Shown here: positions 1 to 8,821 of the stretch, piece by piece
Numbering within the stretch: the first letter of the stretch is position 1
Layout: every line of letters starts with the position of its first letter
IMG/VR virus record: IMGVR_UViG_2529292907_000021
Reading direction: 5' to 3' (one strand)
Length of the DNA stretch: 42,935 nt
DNA from: a virus
Lineage: Duplodnaviria > Heunggongvirae > Uroviricota > Caudoviricetes
The notes under the pieces: model-generated
What the model was told of the DNA's origin: nothing
The model's input: the letters and a program-made list of their open reading frames with translations, nothing else
Databases searched by the model: none
Made by a program: the position numbers and the translations under genes

Positions 1-732
1 ACGGCGGTCAGAGAAAACTGGCAGTGGAAACCCGCGGTGGCGTACTGCCGCTATGCCGATGATTTTGTCCTCATCGTCAAAGGCACCAAAGCACAGGCGG
101 AAGCCATCAGGGAGGAGTGTCGGGGTGTGCTCGAAGGCAGTCTGAAACTCAGGCTGAACATGGATAAGACTAAAATCACCCATGTTAATGACGGCTTTAT
201 CTTTCTGGGGCACAGGATCATTCGCAAACGCAGTCGTTATGGCGAGATGCGAGTGGTCTCAACGATCCCGCAGGAGAAAGCCAGAAACTTCGCCGCATCG
301 CTGACAGCACTGTTATCAGGCAACTACAGTGAAAGCAAAGTCGATATGGCTGAACAACTCAACCGAAAACTGAAAGGCTGGGCCATGTTCTATCAGTTCG
401 TTGATTTTAAGGCCAAAGTCTTCAGTTATATCGACCGTGTCGTGTTCTGGAAGCTGGCTCACTGGCTGGCCCGCAAATACCGTACAGGTATCGCTTCCCT
501 GATGAGGTGGTGGTGTAAATCACCGAAACCGGGTCAGAGCAAAACGTGGGTTTTATTTGGTAAAACCAATCACGGCAAGCTCAGCGGCGAAATACTGTAC
601 CGGTTGGTGGGGCAAGGCAAGAAGCTGTTCCGCTGGCGGCTACCCGAAGGTAATCCCTATCTGAGGACGGAGACCAGAAACACGTATACATCGCGCTTTA
701 CAGAAGTGGCAATGGCGTTCGCCAGCATTTAA
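1..732 (+). CDS. Group II intron-encoded reverse transcriptase/maturase, C-terminal fragment (5' partial, continues upstream of window)
   Basis: Translation TAVRENWQWKPAVAYCRYADDFVLIV... contains the RT domain YADD motif followed by a basic maturase/DNA-binding-like tail; no stop from base 1 to 732. Confidence 0.8.
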   Translation, partial: TAVRENWQWKPAVAYCRYADDFVLIVKGTKAQAEAIREECRGVLEGSLKLRLNMDKTKITHVNDGFIFLGHRIIRKRSRYGEMRVVSTIPQEKARNFAASLTALLSGNYSESKVDMAEQLNRKLKGWAMFYQFVDFKAKVFSYIDRVVFWKLAHWLARKYRTGIASLMRWWCKSPKPGQSKTWVLFGKTNHGKLSGEILYRLVGQGKKLFRWRLPEGNPYLRTETRNTYTSRFTEVAMAFASI

Positions 733-737
733 ATGGA

Positions 738-771
738 GAGCCGGATGCGCTGAAAGGTGCACGTCCGGTTC
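738..771 (+). ncRNA. Group II intron catalytic domain V hairpin
   Basis: 34-nt hairpin with AGC triad near the 5' base of the stem and a GAAA tetraloop, immediately downstream of the IEP stop codon. Confidence 0.7.
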
Positions 772-794
772 GGGGAGGAGAGGCAGGGAAATAG

Positions 795-1295
<501 letters not shown>

Positions 1296-1337
1296 GTTCA
1301 CAGATAAAACACTCTCCAGGAAACCCGGGGCGGTTCA

Positions 1338-1554
1338 CATTGGAAATTGGCGTGGTCACATTCCTGTTTCGCCCTACCCACAACCCAACGATATCAAGTT
1401 GCTCACCCTGCGCAGAGTCCAGATCGAACTTGCGAAGCATGTCAGATGTTACGCCGGAGATGTCAGTGAAAGGTCGGGTTATCAGGTCAATGTGTTGCTG
1501 GAAGAGTGGTTTAGTGACGTGATAGTTCGTTATCAGCTCAGTGTATTTACTCAT
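1338..1554 (-). pseudogene. Phage tail protein (gene following baseplate J, Mu gp48/DUF2313-like position), N-terminal ~72 codons only; truncated by the IS insertion
   Basis: ORF 1102..1554 starts MSKYTELITNYHV... directly after the baseplate J gene with a 4-nt overlap; beyond 1337 the frame runs antisense through the IS, so only the first ~72 residues are phage-derived. Confidence 0.5.
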
Positions 1555-2750
1555 GGCGTTGGCGTTATTTTGATGTTGGCAATATTGGAATGAGCAGCCT
1601 CATTAAATAAGATATCTATATTTGAAGCGGCAACTGTTGCTGCACTCTTACCGATTTTCAGCGAGTTAATATCATAATATTTACTGTCACCACCACTCAT
1701 TACACCAAGGTTGGCTGGAGAATAAATACGGCTTAACAGAACATCATCACCTATGCGCAGTGAATTTATATATTTCGAAATCTCCGCTTTCATTTCCTCG
1801 GCAACTTGTGACGTATAGCCTGGGTAAGTTGCGATGACTATTTCGATAAACGCCTCAACCACCACAGGGCGAGAAAACTTTATCGCTTTTGGCTCGCCAT
1901 ATTTACCCACAAGATTCACTGTGGTAGTGCCGAAGGTCGATGTTCCCTGGTCCTTTTTCTTAGAGATTGCCGTAGCGATAATTGTCGCATCCCCCCCATC
2001 AACAATGCAGCTGATGGAGTGTGCTGGCAGACCATTAGCATCCACGGTATCAGCGTCGTTCTCGTAAATACGTACGCGTGTTACGCCGGGAATATCCAGT
2101 AGCGTACCGTCTAACCCATCAATGGTGGTCATTGATGGTAGTGCAGTACTCCGTGATTGCCTCTGGCGCAACTGTGCGTCATTTTCACCAGGAGAGCCAA
2201 CTGTAGCCGCCAATGGATTTGTTACGGTTTTCCACCCTCTTGTCGGCGTGGCAATCTGTGTGATGGTGTTAGCCATTGCCGCGACAGGACCAGCCGTTCT
2301 ACATGTAGCGGTAACTGTGACCGTACCTGACCCAGGAATATTCACATCAACGGGCAAGTCCCATAATGCCCCATTTGCATCTCGAACTGTACCGGCAGCA
2401 ATTGGCGTTCCAATATCGCCGGAGATAATTACATCAGCGGTTGAGTTCGTCGCAATCTTGCGGGTAATTCCGTTGATTTTAACGTTGCTACCAAGCGCCC
2501 GCCCTATCCCTGTAGCGGGTGAATAGGAGTTATATACCGCAACGGCCGTGTTATTAGCATCGTGAATCCCGAGTGCATACAGCGCTACCATTTGCCCGTC
2601 CTTACTGTCCGGATCGAGATAAGAATCGCTACCGTAGATCTCCTTAAAGTATTCCGTTAGTTTGTCCAGGATAGTCTGATAATCAGGCGCACTGATCCCC
2701 TGGGCCGTTACCGTTGCCGATAACCCCAGCGTGTCGAGGTTCAAAGCCAT
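1551..2750 (-). CDS. Baseplate J-like protein
   Basis: 399-aa protein in a baseplate gene block; size, position and sequence character fit the baseplate J (Mu gp47 / P2 gpJ) family. Confidence 0.65.
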   Translation of the reverse strand: MALNLDTLGLSATVTAQGISAPDYQTILDKLTEYFKEIYGSDSYLDPDSKDGQMVALYALGIHDANNTAVAVYNSYSPATGIGRALGSNVKINGITRKIATNSTADVIISGDIGTPIAAGTVRDANGALWDLPVDVNIPGSGTVTVTATCRTAGPVAAMANTITQIATPTRGWKTVTNPLAATVGSPGENDAQLRQRQSRSTALPSMTTIDGLDGTLLDIPGVTRVRIYENDADTVDANGLPAHSISCIVDGGDATIIATAISKKKDQGTSTFGTTTVNLVGKYGEPKAIKFSRPVVVEAFIEIVIATYPGYTSQVAEEMKAEISKYINSLRIGDDVLLSRIYSPANLGVMSGGDSKYYDINSLKIGKSAATVAASNIDILFNEAAHSNIANIKITPTP

Positions 2751-3104
2751 TTATGCCTCGCTGGTTACTGTGGTTTGTCCGTAAATGGTGTTTATGGTGG
2801 ACGTGAACGTGACGCGGCGAGTTGTTCCGCTGTTGACTGTGTCAAACGACAGAATGGACAACACGCCGGGGGTTGAACTGATGCGGTCTCTTATTGCCAG
2901 GTTGTAAACTTCTGGCCTCTGCTTTCCAAGAACCGACTGGATATAGGGAGTACCTTCCTCCGTATCGAGGAACCACTGGCCCTTCCAGAGTTCAAATCGA
3001 GTCTTAACCGCCTGGGCAACGCACTCTGGAGAGTTAGCCAGGAAAGTGCCATCGCCCTGCCCGAAGGTATAATCACCGTCGCTATCTTCGCGTCTGTATC
3101 GCAT
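2751..3104 (-). CDS. Small baseplate protein (W/gp46-like position)
   Basis: 117-aa ORF immediately upstream of baseplate J, abutting it without a gap; position conserved in Mu-like baseplate clusters. Confidence 0.45.
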   Translation of the reverse strand: MRYRREDSDGDYTFGQGDGTFLANSPECVAQAVKTRFELWKGQWFLDTEEGTPYIQSVLGKQRPEVYNLAIRDRISSTPGVLSILSFDTVNSGTTRRVTFTSTINTIYGQTTVTSEA

Positions 3105-3111
3105 ATGCCCT

Positions 3112-3210
3112 CTACCACCAGCGAACCTGGCCTATGAAATAACCGAGAGCAGCCACAATAGCCACCATCCAGATCATGATGAATTTCCAGCTTGGTAATT
3201 GCTTAATCAT
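3112..3210 (-). CDS. Small hydrophobic protein, 32 aa (MIKQLPSWKFIMIWMVAIVAALGYFIGQVRWW), start chosen at internal ATG with RBS
   Basis: GGAG Shine-Dalgarno 9 nt upstream of the ATG at 3210; single predicted transmembrane helix; sits between spike and W-like genes. The longer ORF (3112..3309) would start inside a terminator hairpin, so the internal start is preferred. Confidence 0.3.
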   Translation of the reverse strand: MIKQLPSWKFIMIWMVAIVAALGYFIGQVRWW

Positions 3211-3287
3211 TAATCGCAACTCCCGTATTAGTTTGCTAAAATCAAGCACTGATTCTCCCTTGCTCTCATCAAGGTGTAGAAAGTAGA

Positions 3288-3330
3288 AAGCCCCGAAGTG
3301 CGTCAACACTCGGGGCTTTGTTTTATCCCG
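3288..3330 (+). terminator. Intrinsic terminator oriented for plus-strand transcription (antisense to the tail operon)
   Basis: Hairpin AAAGCCCCGAAGTGCGTCAACACTCGGGGCTTT followed by TTTGTTTTAT on the plus strand; on the minus strand the stem is followed by a poor T-run. Confidence 0.55.
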
Positions 3331-3393
3331 TTGATGGGAAAATATATGTACGAATCGTTATTTTGAAATTATCTCGCCAGCGGTAATGCGCTG

Positions 3394-4146
3394 TTAACTC
3401 ACACTTCCTGATTTCCCCGTTCCTGGCTGTACGTCGTTATGGGTGTGACTATCATCAATGGTTTTGTTGTTCGATTTCAGCGAACCGAAAAACTCAATGG
3501 CGCCAGTAATTTTCGCTGCGGTTCCGCTAGAAAGACTACCGACCATGCCCCCCATCCACGTTAACAGCCCGCTGATCGTCACCTTCTCCGAGAAGGTAGA
3601 TTCAGGGGAAATCACGTCGAAACCGCCTGGCGCGACCAGTTTGATTTTCTTCGTGTCAGGATTAATTTCGAAGTAGGTACTGCCGTCATCGCTGCGGAAC
3701 TGCGCTGCAGTGGTGCTGATGCCGCTGATTTTGCGCGTCTGAGACTGCGGGCCTACGATGGCGAAGGCATCACTCAGGTCATGCTGGCGCGGGTCTACCG
3801 CCTCCTGTACGCCACCGTTCTGCCACCAGAAATCAATGCAGCGATCGGAGAACACCAGCAGGCACTCATCGCCGGCTTTAACCGGGAAAGTCAGCGTGCA
3901 CCCACCGCCCCGCGGGAATACCACCGGCACATCAGGAAGGATCGGAATGGCCTCGGAGGTAGCCTTACCGTCATCACCTACCTTTTGGCCGTAGATGGCA
4001 GGCTGAACGGTGCAGGTCACTGTTTCGGGGTCGAACGACTGGATGATTCCGGGCATGGCAACGCGCAGGCCGGTGAAAATAGACAGTTTCTGTGCATCAA
4101 ACGTCTGCTGCTCGCTGCCGTCCTGCGCGCGTGGTGATACTGGCAT
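3394..4146 (-). CDS. Baseplate spike / assembly protein V-like
   Basis: 250-aa ORF with AGGAG RBS, between hub-like and W-like genes; N-terminal region resembles gpV/Mu gp45-type spike proteins by eye. Confidence 0.5.
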   Translation of the reverse strand: MPVSPRAQDGSEQQTFDAQKLSIFTGLRVAMPGIIQSFDPETVTCTVQPAIYGQKVGDDGKATSEAIPILPDVPVVFPRGGGCTLTFPVKAGDECLLVFSDRCIDFWWQNGGVQEAVDPRQHDLSDAFAIVGPQSQTRKISGISTTAAQFRSDDGSTYFEINPDTKKIKLVAPGGFDVISPESTFSEKVTISGLLTWMGGMVGSLSSGTAAKITGAIEFFGSLKSNNKTIDDSHTHNDVQPGTGKSGSVS

Positions 4147-4161
4147 GAAGATCTCCTGGCA

Positions 4162-4192
4162 ATAAAAAACCCGCCGGAGCGGGTTTGTTTAA
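4162..4192 (-). terminator. Intrinsic terminator downstream of the moron pair, upstream of the spike gene
   Basis: Minus-strand reading: AAACCCGCTCCGGCGGGTTTTTTATT (stem CCCGC/GCGGG plus T7 run), located between the stop at 4195 and the spike RBS. Confidence 0.6.
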
Positions 4193-4194
4193 AT

Positions 4195-4566
4195 TTATTT
4201 AGCACTTGGTGGCGGAACTATAGTTTCAGCCCAGCAGCGACACTTACCGCCAGGGCAGCATTTTCCCTCACCAGGCAGGCCAGTTTTGGGCGGTCTTTTC
4301 CATCTGAACACTTTCCCATTGTTCTTAGCGCAAGCATTACAACATCCGCTATCCCCTGCAGTATGCCACCGGAACTTAGTTGCCCCGATGTGTTCTGCGC
4401 GAAGCATATTGTATCTCGCATGTTCAGCAACGCTGCGCTTAATTCGGTTAAACTCAAAATTCCTAACAAACTGGTCATCACGTTTCTTTTTGCGGTTTTT
4501 TACAAAGCCACGAACAATCAGAAACAAAACTACGAGGATGACAGCAATTCCTGGCTCCATGGTCAT
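4195..4566 (-). CDS. Small membrane-anchored protein with a Cys-rich domain homologous to the C-terminus of MuF-type head morphogenesis proteins
   Basis: N-terminal hydrophobic helix (IAVILVVLFLIVRGFV) then ...FRWHTAGDSGCCNACAKNNGKVFRWKRPP...GKCCPGGKCRCWAETIVPPP, which aligns by eye with the C-terminus of the head morphogenesis protein at 17293..18045 (...YWWRIEGAGTRDSHYKMRNKFVRWDNPP...GCLPNCKCWPEIQVPPP). Confidence 0.5.
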   Translation of the reverse strand: MTMEPGIAVILVVLFLIVRGFVKNRKKKRDDQFVRNFEFNRIKRSVAEHARYNMLRAEHIGATKFRWHTAGDSGCCNACAKNNGKVFRWKRPPKTGLPGEGKCCPGGKCRCWAETIVPPPSAK

Positions 4567-4919
4567 TCAACCTTCATGCAGTCGTAAGTACCAAAAATAC
4601 GAGGCTCGCTCATGTTTTGGCGTACTGCTTCAGCATTGAGAATTCCTTTCCCATTGCGTTTTATGTAATCGAGGCCATACCGCTGTCCCGTGTTTTCATT
4701 CAGGACGATCCATTGCATTTTTATGTTCTCGTAATCACCCTCTTTTTTGAGAAAAGTTACCTTCTGACCATCAGGCTTAGCGCCGTTTATCCTCGGGTAT
4801 CCGTCATTCTCGGATGAGGTTGAAAACACAAATGGTCCGCACTTCATGTAGTCAGAATTTTCCGCCAGTGAAGCAAAGCTAACCAATGTTAAAGAAGCCA
4901 TCAAAAGTAGTTTTTTCAT
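4563..4919 (-). CDS. Secreted/periplasmic protein with cleavable signal peptide, unknown function
   Basis: N-terminus MKKLLLMASLTLVSFASLA is a classic Sec signal peptide; the gene overlaps both neighbours by 4 nt (translational coupling); visibly AT-rich relative to flanking tail genes. Confidence 0.5.
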   Translation of the reverse strand: MKKLLLMASLTLVSFASLAENSDYMKCGPFVFSTSSENDGYPRINGAKPDGQKVTFLKKEGDYENIKMQWIVLNENTGQRYGLDYIKRNGKGILNAEAVRQNMSEPRIFGTYDCMKVE

Positions 4920-5983
4920 TGTGGAGCCGTTCGCTGTAGGGCCGAATTCGACTGCAAATCACGTGCCCCTCGAGCCATACACATGAGATCCATATACCAT
5001 GGATTTCCCCTCGTATCACCGGTGTAGCTTATTGACTGGACAATGTAGACGCCATCAGTGGCCACACTGGCGGGCTGCGCTATAGTGCCGCCAAGTGAAA
5101 GGTTACCATCATTGCTCGACTCTGTGATTCTTGCCTGTGATCTTTGGATCTCATCGTTCGGCAGTTGGGTGCGATAGACAGATGCCTGGTCAAGCTGAAT
5201 TAAGCCGTTCACCCTGATGTTGGGGTTAATCAGGCAGCGAACATTGACGCCAGCACCCATGGTCTGCTGCGGCATCCCTATGAGCCCGGTAGCGCTGCTC
5301 AGCACAATGGCCTCGTGTAGATATTTATCTTCAGGAACCATCTGCGCCTGACCGTCCACAAACTGCCAGTTGGCGTTGCATTGCGCCGCAAGATTGCTCA
5401 TGTAATCACGGGTCATACCGTAGAACACCCGGCCCCGTGGCATCACGCGGTCCGGAAACTCTCCGGTAACACCCTGGGTTATACCGAACGGGGAGAAATC
5501 TCTCATCAGCACCGAGTGAACATCTGACAGCTTATACCCGGCAGACAGGCTGCCGGATGAAACGGCCTCGTTAAACGCCTGGTGCCCATCGATGGACTGA
5601 ATCAGGGTAAAAATGTCGGTGGGGTTATCTCGCCCGGTGATTGTGAAGCGGATCTCACCGTTGAAAATCCCCCCGAAGTTCTGGCCTAGCGTCTGCCCAA
5701 CCTGATCTGGCGACACATCCGTTACCTGTCCTACCTGGCTTTCAGATACCGGCGGTGCCAGCCCGTCATACCCGGCAATAATAGTGATCCGAGAGAACTC
5801 TGAGCCCGTTATACGGCTCATGGTGTCGCGGTTGAGGTTGTAAATCTTTAGCGTTGCGACTCGCGGCCACATGGAGTTGAACCAGTCGATCGCAAACGTC
5901 ACCTTAAAATCAGTCAGGGAAATACCCTGACCGGAATCATCCAGCAGGCGCAGTTCAAAGTGACGCCTCCAGTTTACGGTCAT
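4916..5983 (-). CDS. Baseplate hub-like tail protein (Mu P / P2 gpD-like position)
   Basis: 355-aa ORF two genes downstream of the tape measure in a contractile-tail module; assignment mainly positional. Confidence 0.45.
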   Translation of the reverse strand: MTVNWRRHFELRLLDDSGQGISLTDFKVTFAIDWFNSMWPRVATLKIYNLNRDTMSRITGSEFSRITIIAGYDGLAPPVSESQVGQVTDVSPDQVGQTLGQNFGGIFNGEIRFTITGRDNPTDIFTLIQSIDGHQAFNEAVSSGSLSAGYKLSDVHSVLMRDFSPFGITQGVTGEFPDRVMPRGRVFYGMTRDYMSNLAAQCNANWQFVDGQAQMVPEDKYLHEAIVLSSATGLIGMPQQTMGAGVNVRCLINPNIRVNGLIQLDQASVYRTQLPNDEIQRSQARITESSNDGNLSLGGTIAQPASVATDGVYIVQSISYTGDTRGNPWYMDLMCMARGARDLQSNSALQRTAPQ

Positions 5984-6291
5984 GCGGTCACCTGAGCAAA
6001 GTAGAGATGGCTGGAAGAACCAAGATTGGTTTTCGTCGGGTATTCCGGCGTGCCATTCTCGGTCGTGACGATCAGCGCGCCGGAGATCCCCAACTCCGGG
6101 TATTGTTCTATCAGGTCGACATCAGGAACTAGCGGAACGCCCATCAAAAGTGGCTGTGCCTCACTATCCATAACGTCCAGTATCCAACCGGCCTCGTCCC
6201 GCCATACGACTTTAATCGTGTAGTTGATGTCACCGAGCATGACGCGAAACGTCTGGTTATCCGCGCCGAGCGGTATTTCGTTAATCTTCAT
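5980..6291 (-). CDS. Phage tail protein, unknown function
   Basis: 103-aa ORF translationally coupled (4-nt overlaps) between the post-tape-measure gene and the hub-like gene. Confidence 0.4.
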   Translation of the reverse strand: MKINEIPLGADNQTFRVMLGDINYTIKVVWRDEAGWILDVMDSEAQPLLMGVPLVPDVDLIEQYPELGISGALIVTTENGTPEYPTKTNLGSSSHLYFAQVTA

Positions 6292-6866
6292 GCAGACCCC
6301 AGGAAACCGATAAATTTTTGCAGCAGCGAGGTGTTGCTCACTGGAACTGGCGTTTTCGTACCGATGTCTTGGACAGGTGCCGTGCTTAAACCGTCCTGCA
6401 TATTCGCTTTATCAGCCACAGAGACGCTCTGAGTTTGCGTTAATAGCACCTCGCGTAGCGTCAATACGCACGACAGTACGTTCTCGCTGGTGCGGTCTGT
6501 CGTCACCTCAATGGCGCGAATCAGCATGTTACTGTAGGTGCGCTTACCAGTGACCACGTCGAACGGCAACCGGGAAGACTGAAGATCCAGCAACTGCTGG
6601 TAAACCTCCTTTGGGCTCAGGCCAATTCCCAGACCGATTCCCGAGACATCCACAAAATCGAGAATGGATCCGCCACCAGAAAACCCGCACTCCATAGTGA
6701 CTTCGCTGGCGCGTTTATAGGCGTGATCATTCACCGGAGCGCCAATTTCCACCGGATGCTCAGTGATTTCGAGCGCATCAACATGCTTTTCTGACACCAC
6801 AACATCTGGCACTAAGATGCCGATTTTGCGTGACTGCAGCCGGAAGATTGCCGACAAGATATCCAT
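6288..6866 (-). CDS. Phage tail protein immediately downstream of tape measure
   Basis: 192-aa ORF whose start overlaps the tape measure stop; positional assignment. Confidence 0.4.
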   Translation of the reverse strand: MDILSAIFRLQSRKIGILVPDVVVSEKHVDALEITEHPVEIGAPVNDHAYKRASEVTMECGFSGGGSILDFVDVSGIGLGIGLSPKEVYQQLLDLQSSRLPFDVVTGKRTYSNMLIRAIEVTTDRTSENVLSCVLTLREVLLTQTQSVSVADKANMQDGLSTAPVQDIGTKTPVPVSNTSLLQKFIGFLGSA

Positions 6867-8821
6867 CAGTAGACCCTCGGTTGAAGTTGCTGTGTGAGGC
6901 GAGAATTAACACCTGATTGGCGGTCTGCCACTTCCCGGCCGGTAGATGCTGGGTCATTCGCACCGTAAATATTGATGTTGGTTTCCTGGCTTATCTGGGA
7001 GGCCGCCTGGTTTGCCGCGAGGCTCGCCAGTGGGGAATTCCATTGCCCGTAACCTTCCTTGCGTGACATCGCCTGCAGGAGGTTACTGAACTGCTGCGGA
7101 TCGCTCAGATTCAGCTTATCTTTAGTTCCCACGCCCATCATGTTGGCGACAAAGTTGGAGTACGCCTCCGGATCGTTGTTGTCACTAGCCGGGGCGTACT
7201 TGTGGATGATGTCCCAGATTGTCTGTAGCTTCTGGAAGCCGGCAGCAGCACTTTTCCCGGTGAAGTAGAGCCGAATCTGCCGGGCCATTGCCATCCACCC
7301 ATCCATCGGCGTTGCATGAGAAGTAAACCCGGTACCGCCTACCGGGCGCAGATTACCCGGGTTGTTGTTCCGGTCTGCAAGTGTTTTGCCTGATCCGCCG
7401 CCATCTCCTAACAGCCATCCATTGAAAGTCTGCCCGATGCTTCTCGGGTCAAAGCCAGTCCTGTTTTTAATCCATTCGGCAGTGTTATTGGCGCTATCCG
7501 ATACAGCAGGAAGTGCATCCTGCCCCTTCCCCTGAGAAAGCAGGTTTTTACCAATTGCGTAAGCATCTGACCATCGCCCCTCGTTGATGGCGTTTATCAG
7601 GTCGCCAATCATCTTGATCATCTTGCCAAATTCACCAAATTGCTTGGTGAGGTTGTCGATGTCGCCTTTCAGGGTCCAGTTTTTGAGGTTGATATTGAGC
7701 AGCTTGGCTATCTCGACACCGATCGCTTTCACTGAATCTCGCAGTTCCCCCAGTGACTTCAGGGCAGCGTTAATCTCCGGCTCCCATTTATCCCAAGCGA
7801 TAAGACTTTTCCCGCCCTCCTTCCACGTCTGGTAATCCTCAATAAGCGCCAGTATTGCGCCGCCGAGGGCTATCACAAGGCCGATTGGCGACTTGAGAAA
7901 CTCCGAGTTAAGAACCTGCCAGGCGGATACCAACGCAGAAACTAGGGCAATCAGCTGCTGTATATCCGGCGGCAGCTTTTTAAACCACTCAATCAGGCCG
8001 CCGACCGCTTGCGAGACGCGCCACGCCATCTGAGCTATCACATCCGCCGCGAAGAGCACACCCTTCACAACCTTTGTGACGACGTCCTCTATCTTCGGCC
8101 AGTTCTCCAACATCTGCTTACTGAGGTTATTCAGCGTGCCGCTCAGGCCACCAGCCAGGTTTGAGCCGACCTTATCGCGCAGGATCCCCAGCAGCGACAC
8201 AAATTGCCGCATTGAGGTCATGAATTTGTTGGACTGCTGCGCCGCCTTATCCGCGTCAAAACCAGTCTTCTGCATCATCGACTGGTATTCAGCCGTGAAG
8301 CCAGACATCCCACGGCGCATCGACATCAGGGTGTTTTCGTCGATGCCCAGCATCTGCGCGTACTGGTTTGCCCGGTAATACGGCATATTGCTGAGCCGCT
8401 GACCAACACCAGTGAAGATGGACGACATATCGCGCATTTGCCCGGACGCATCACGCGTCTGCACACCCAGACGATTCAGGAAGCCTTCAGCTCCCGGATT
8501 GCTTCGCATAAAACGCGCCAGGCTCTCCAGTGAGTTCTGGGCCGCCTCAGCACTGGATCCGGTTTGGGATGCAGCGTAGCCAAGGGCCTTAATACCGTTT
8601 ACCGAAGCACCGGTCCGCTGTGACGCCCAGTAGAGCTTATCCAGTCCATTCGCGATCGAGGTGGTAAAACCGACAATGGCCAGCGCCGTGGATTCCACTG
8701 CGGCCCCCAGCTTAACAACGTTTGCCGCTACGCCTTTGAGCGTGGCTTCAAACTTCGCCTGGCCCGCGCCGTCGATATCGAACCCCAGAGAGACCAGGTA
8801 ATCACGGATAGTATCAGCCAT
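6866..8821 (-). CDS. Tail tape measure protein
   Basis: 651-aa ORF, largest in the tail block, directly after the frameshifted chaperone pair; alanine/glycine-rich helical regions and a C-terminal Gly-rich segment typical of tape measure proteins. Confidence 0.65.
   Translation of the reverse strand: MADTIRDYLVSLGFDIDGAGQAKFEATLKGVAANVVKLGAAVESTALAIVGFTTSIANGLDKLYWASQRTGASVNGIKALGYAASQTGSSAEAAQNSLESLARFMRSNPGAEGFLNRLGVQTRDASGQMRDMSSIFTGVGQRLSNMPYYRANQYAQMLGIDENTLMSMRRGMSGFTAEYQSMMQKTGFDADKAAQQSNKFMTSMRQFVSLLGILRDKVGSNLAGGLSGTLNNLSKQMLENWPKIEDVVTKVVKGVLFAADVIAQMAWRVSQAVGGLIEWFKKLPPDIQQLIALVSALVSAWQVLNSEFLKSPIGLVIALGGAILALIEDYQTWKEGGKSLIAWDKWEPEINAALKSLGELRDSVKAIGVEIAKLLNINLKNWTLKGDIDNLTKQFGEFGKMIKMIGDLINAINEGRWSDAYAIGKNLLSQGKGQDALPAVSDSANNTAEWIKNRTGFDPRSIGQTFNGWLLGDGGGSGKTLADRNNNPGNLRPVGGTGFTSHATPMDGWMAMARQIRLYFTGKSAAAGFQKLQTIWDIIHKYAPASDNNDPEAYSNFVANMMGVGTKDKLNLSDPQQFSNLLQAMSRKEGYGQWNSPLASLAANQAASQISQETNINIYGANDPASTGREVADRQSGVNSRLTQQLQPRVY

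Noticed and set aside
1-732. Reverse transcriptase as part of a retron or diversity-generating retroelement
   Set aside because: The RT is followed by a canonical group II intron domain V hairpin and is embedded in a transposase gene, which identifies it as a group II intron-encoded protein rather than a retron or DGR RT; no RT gene lies near the inverted-repeat-rich region at 28780-29000.
2122-2526. Plus-strand ORF inside the baseplate J gene (and similar antisense ORFs such as 1834..2067, 3458..3676, 3781..4137, 7059..7268, 10120..10578, 10829..11167, 14170..14661, 15769..16200, 19888..20160, 25343..25861, 25891..26420, 31899..32405, 33398..33835)
   Set aside because: All lie antisense to longer, better-supported genes with operon-like packing, lack RBSs, and have unusual amino-acid composition typical of shadow ORFs in GC-rich coding DNA.
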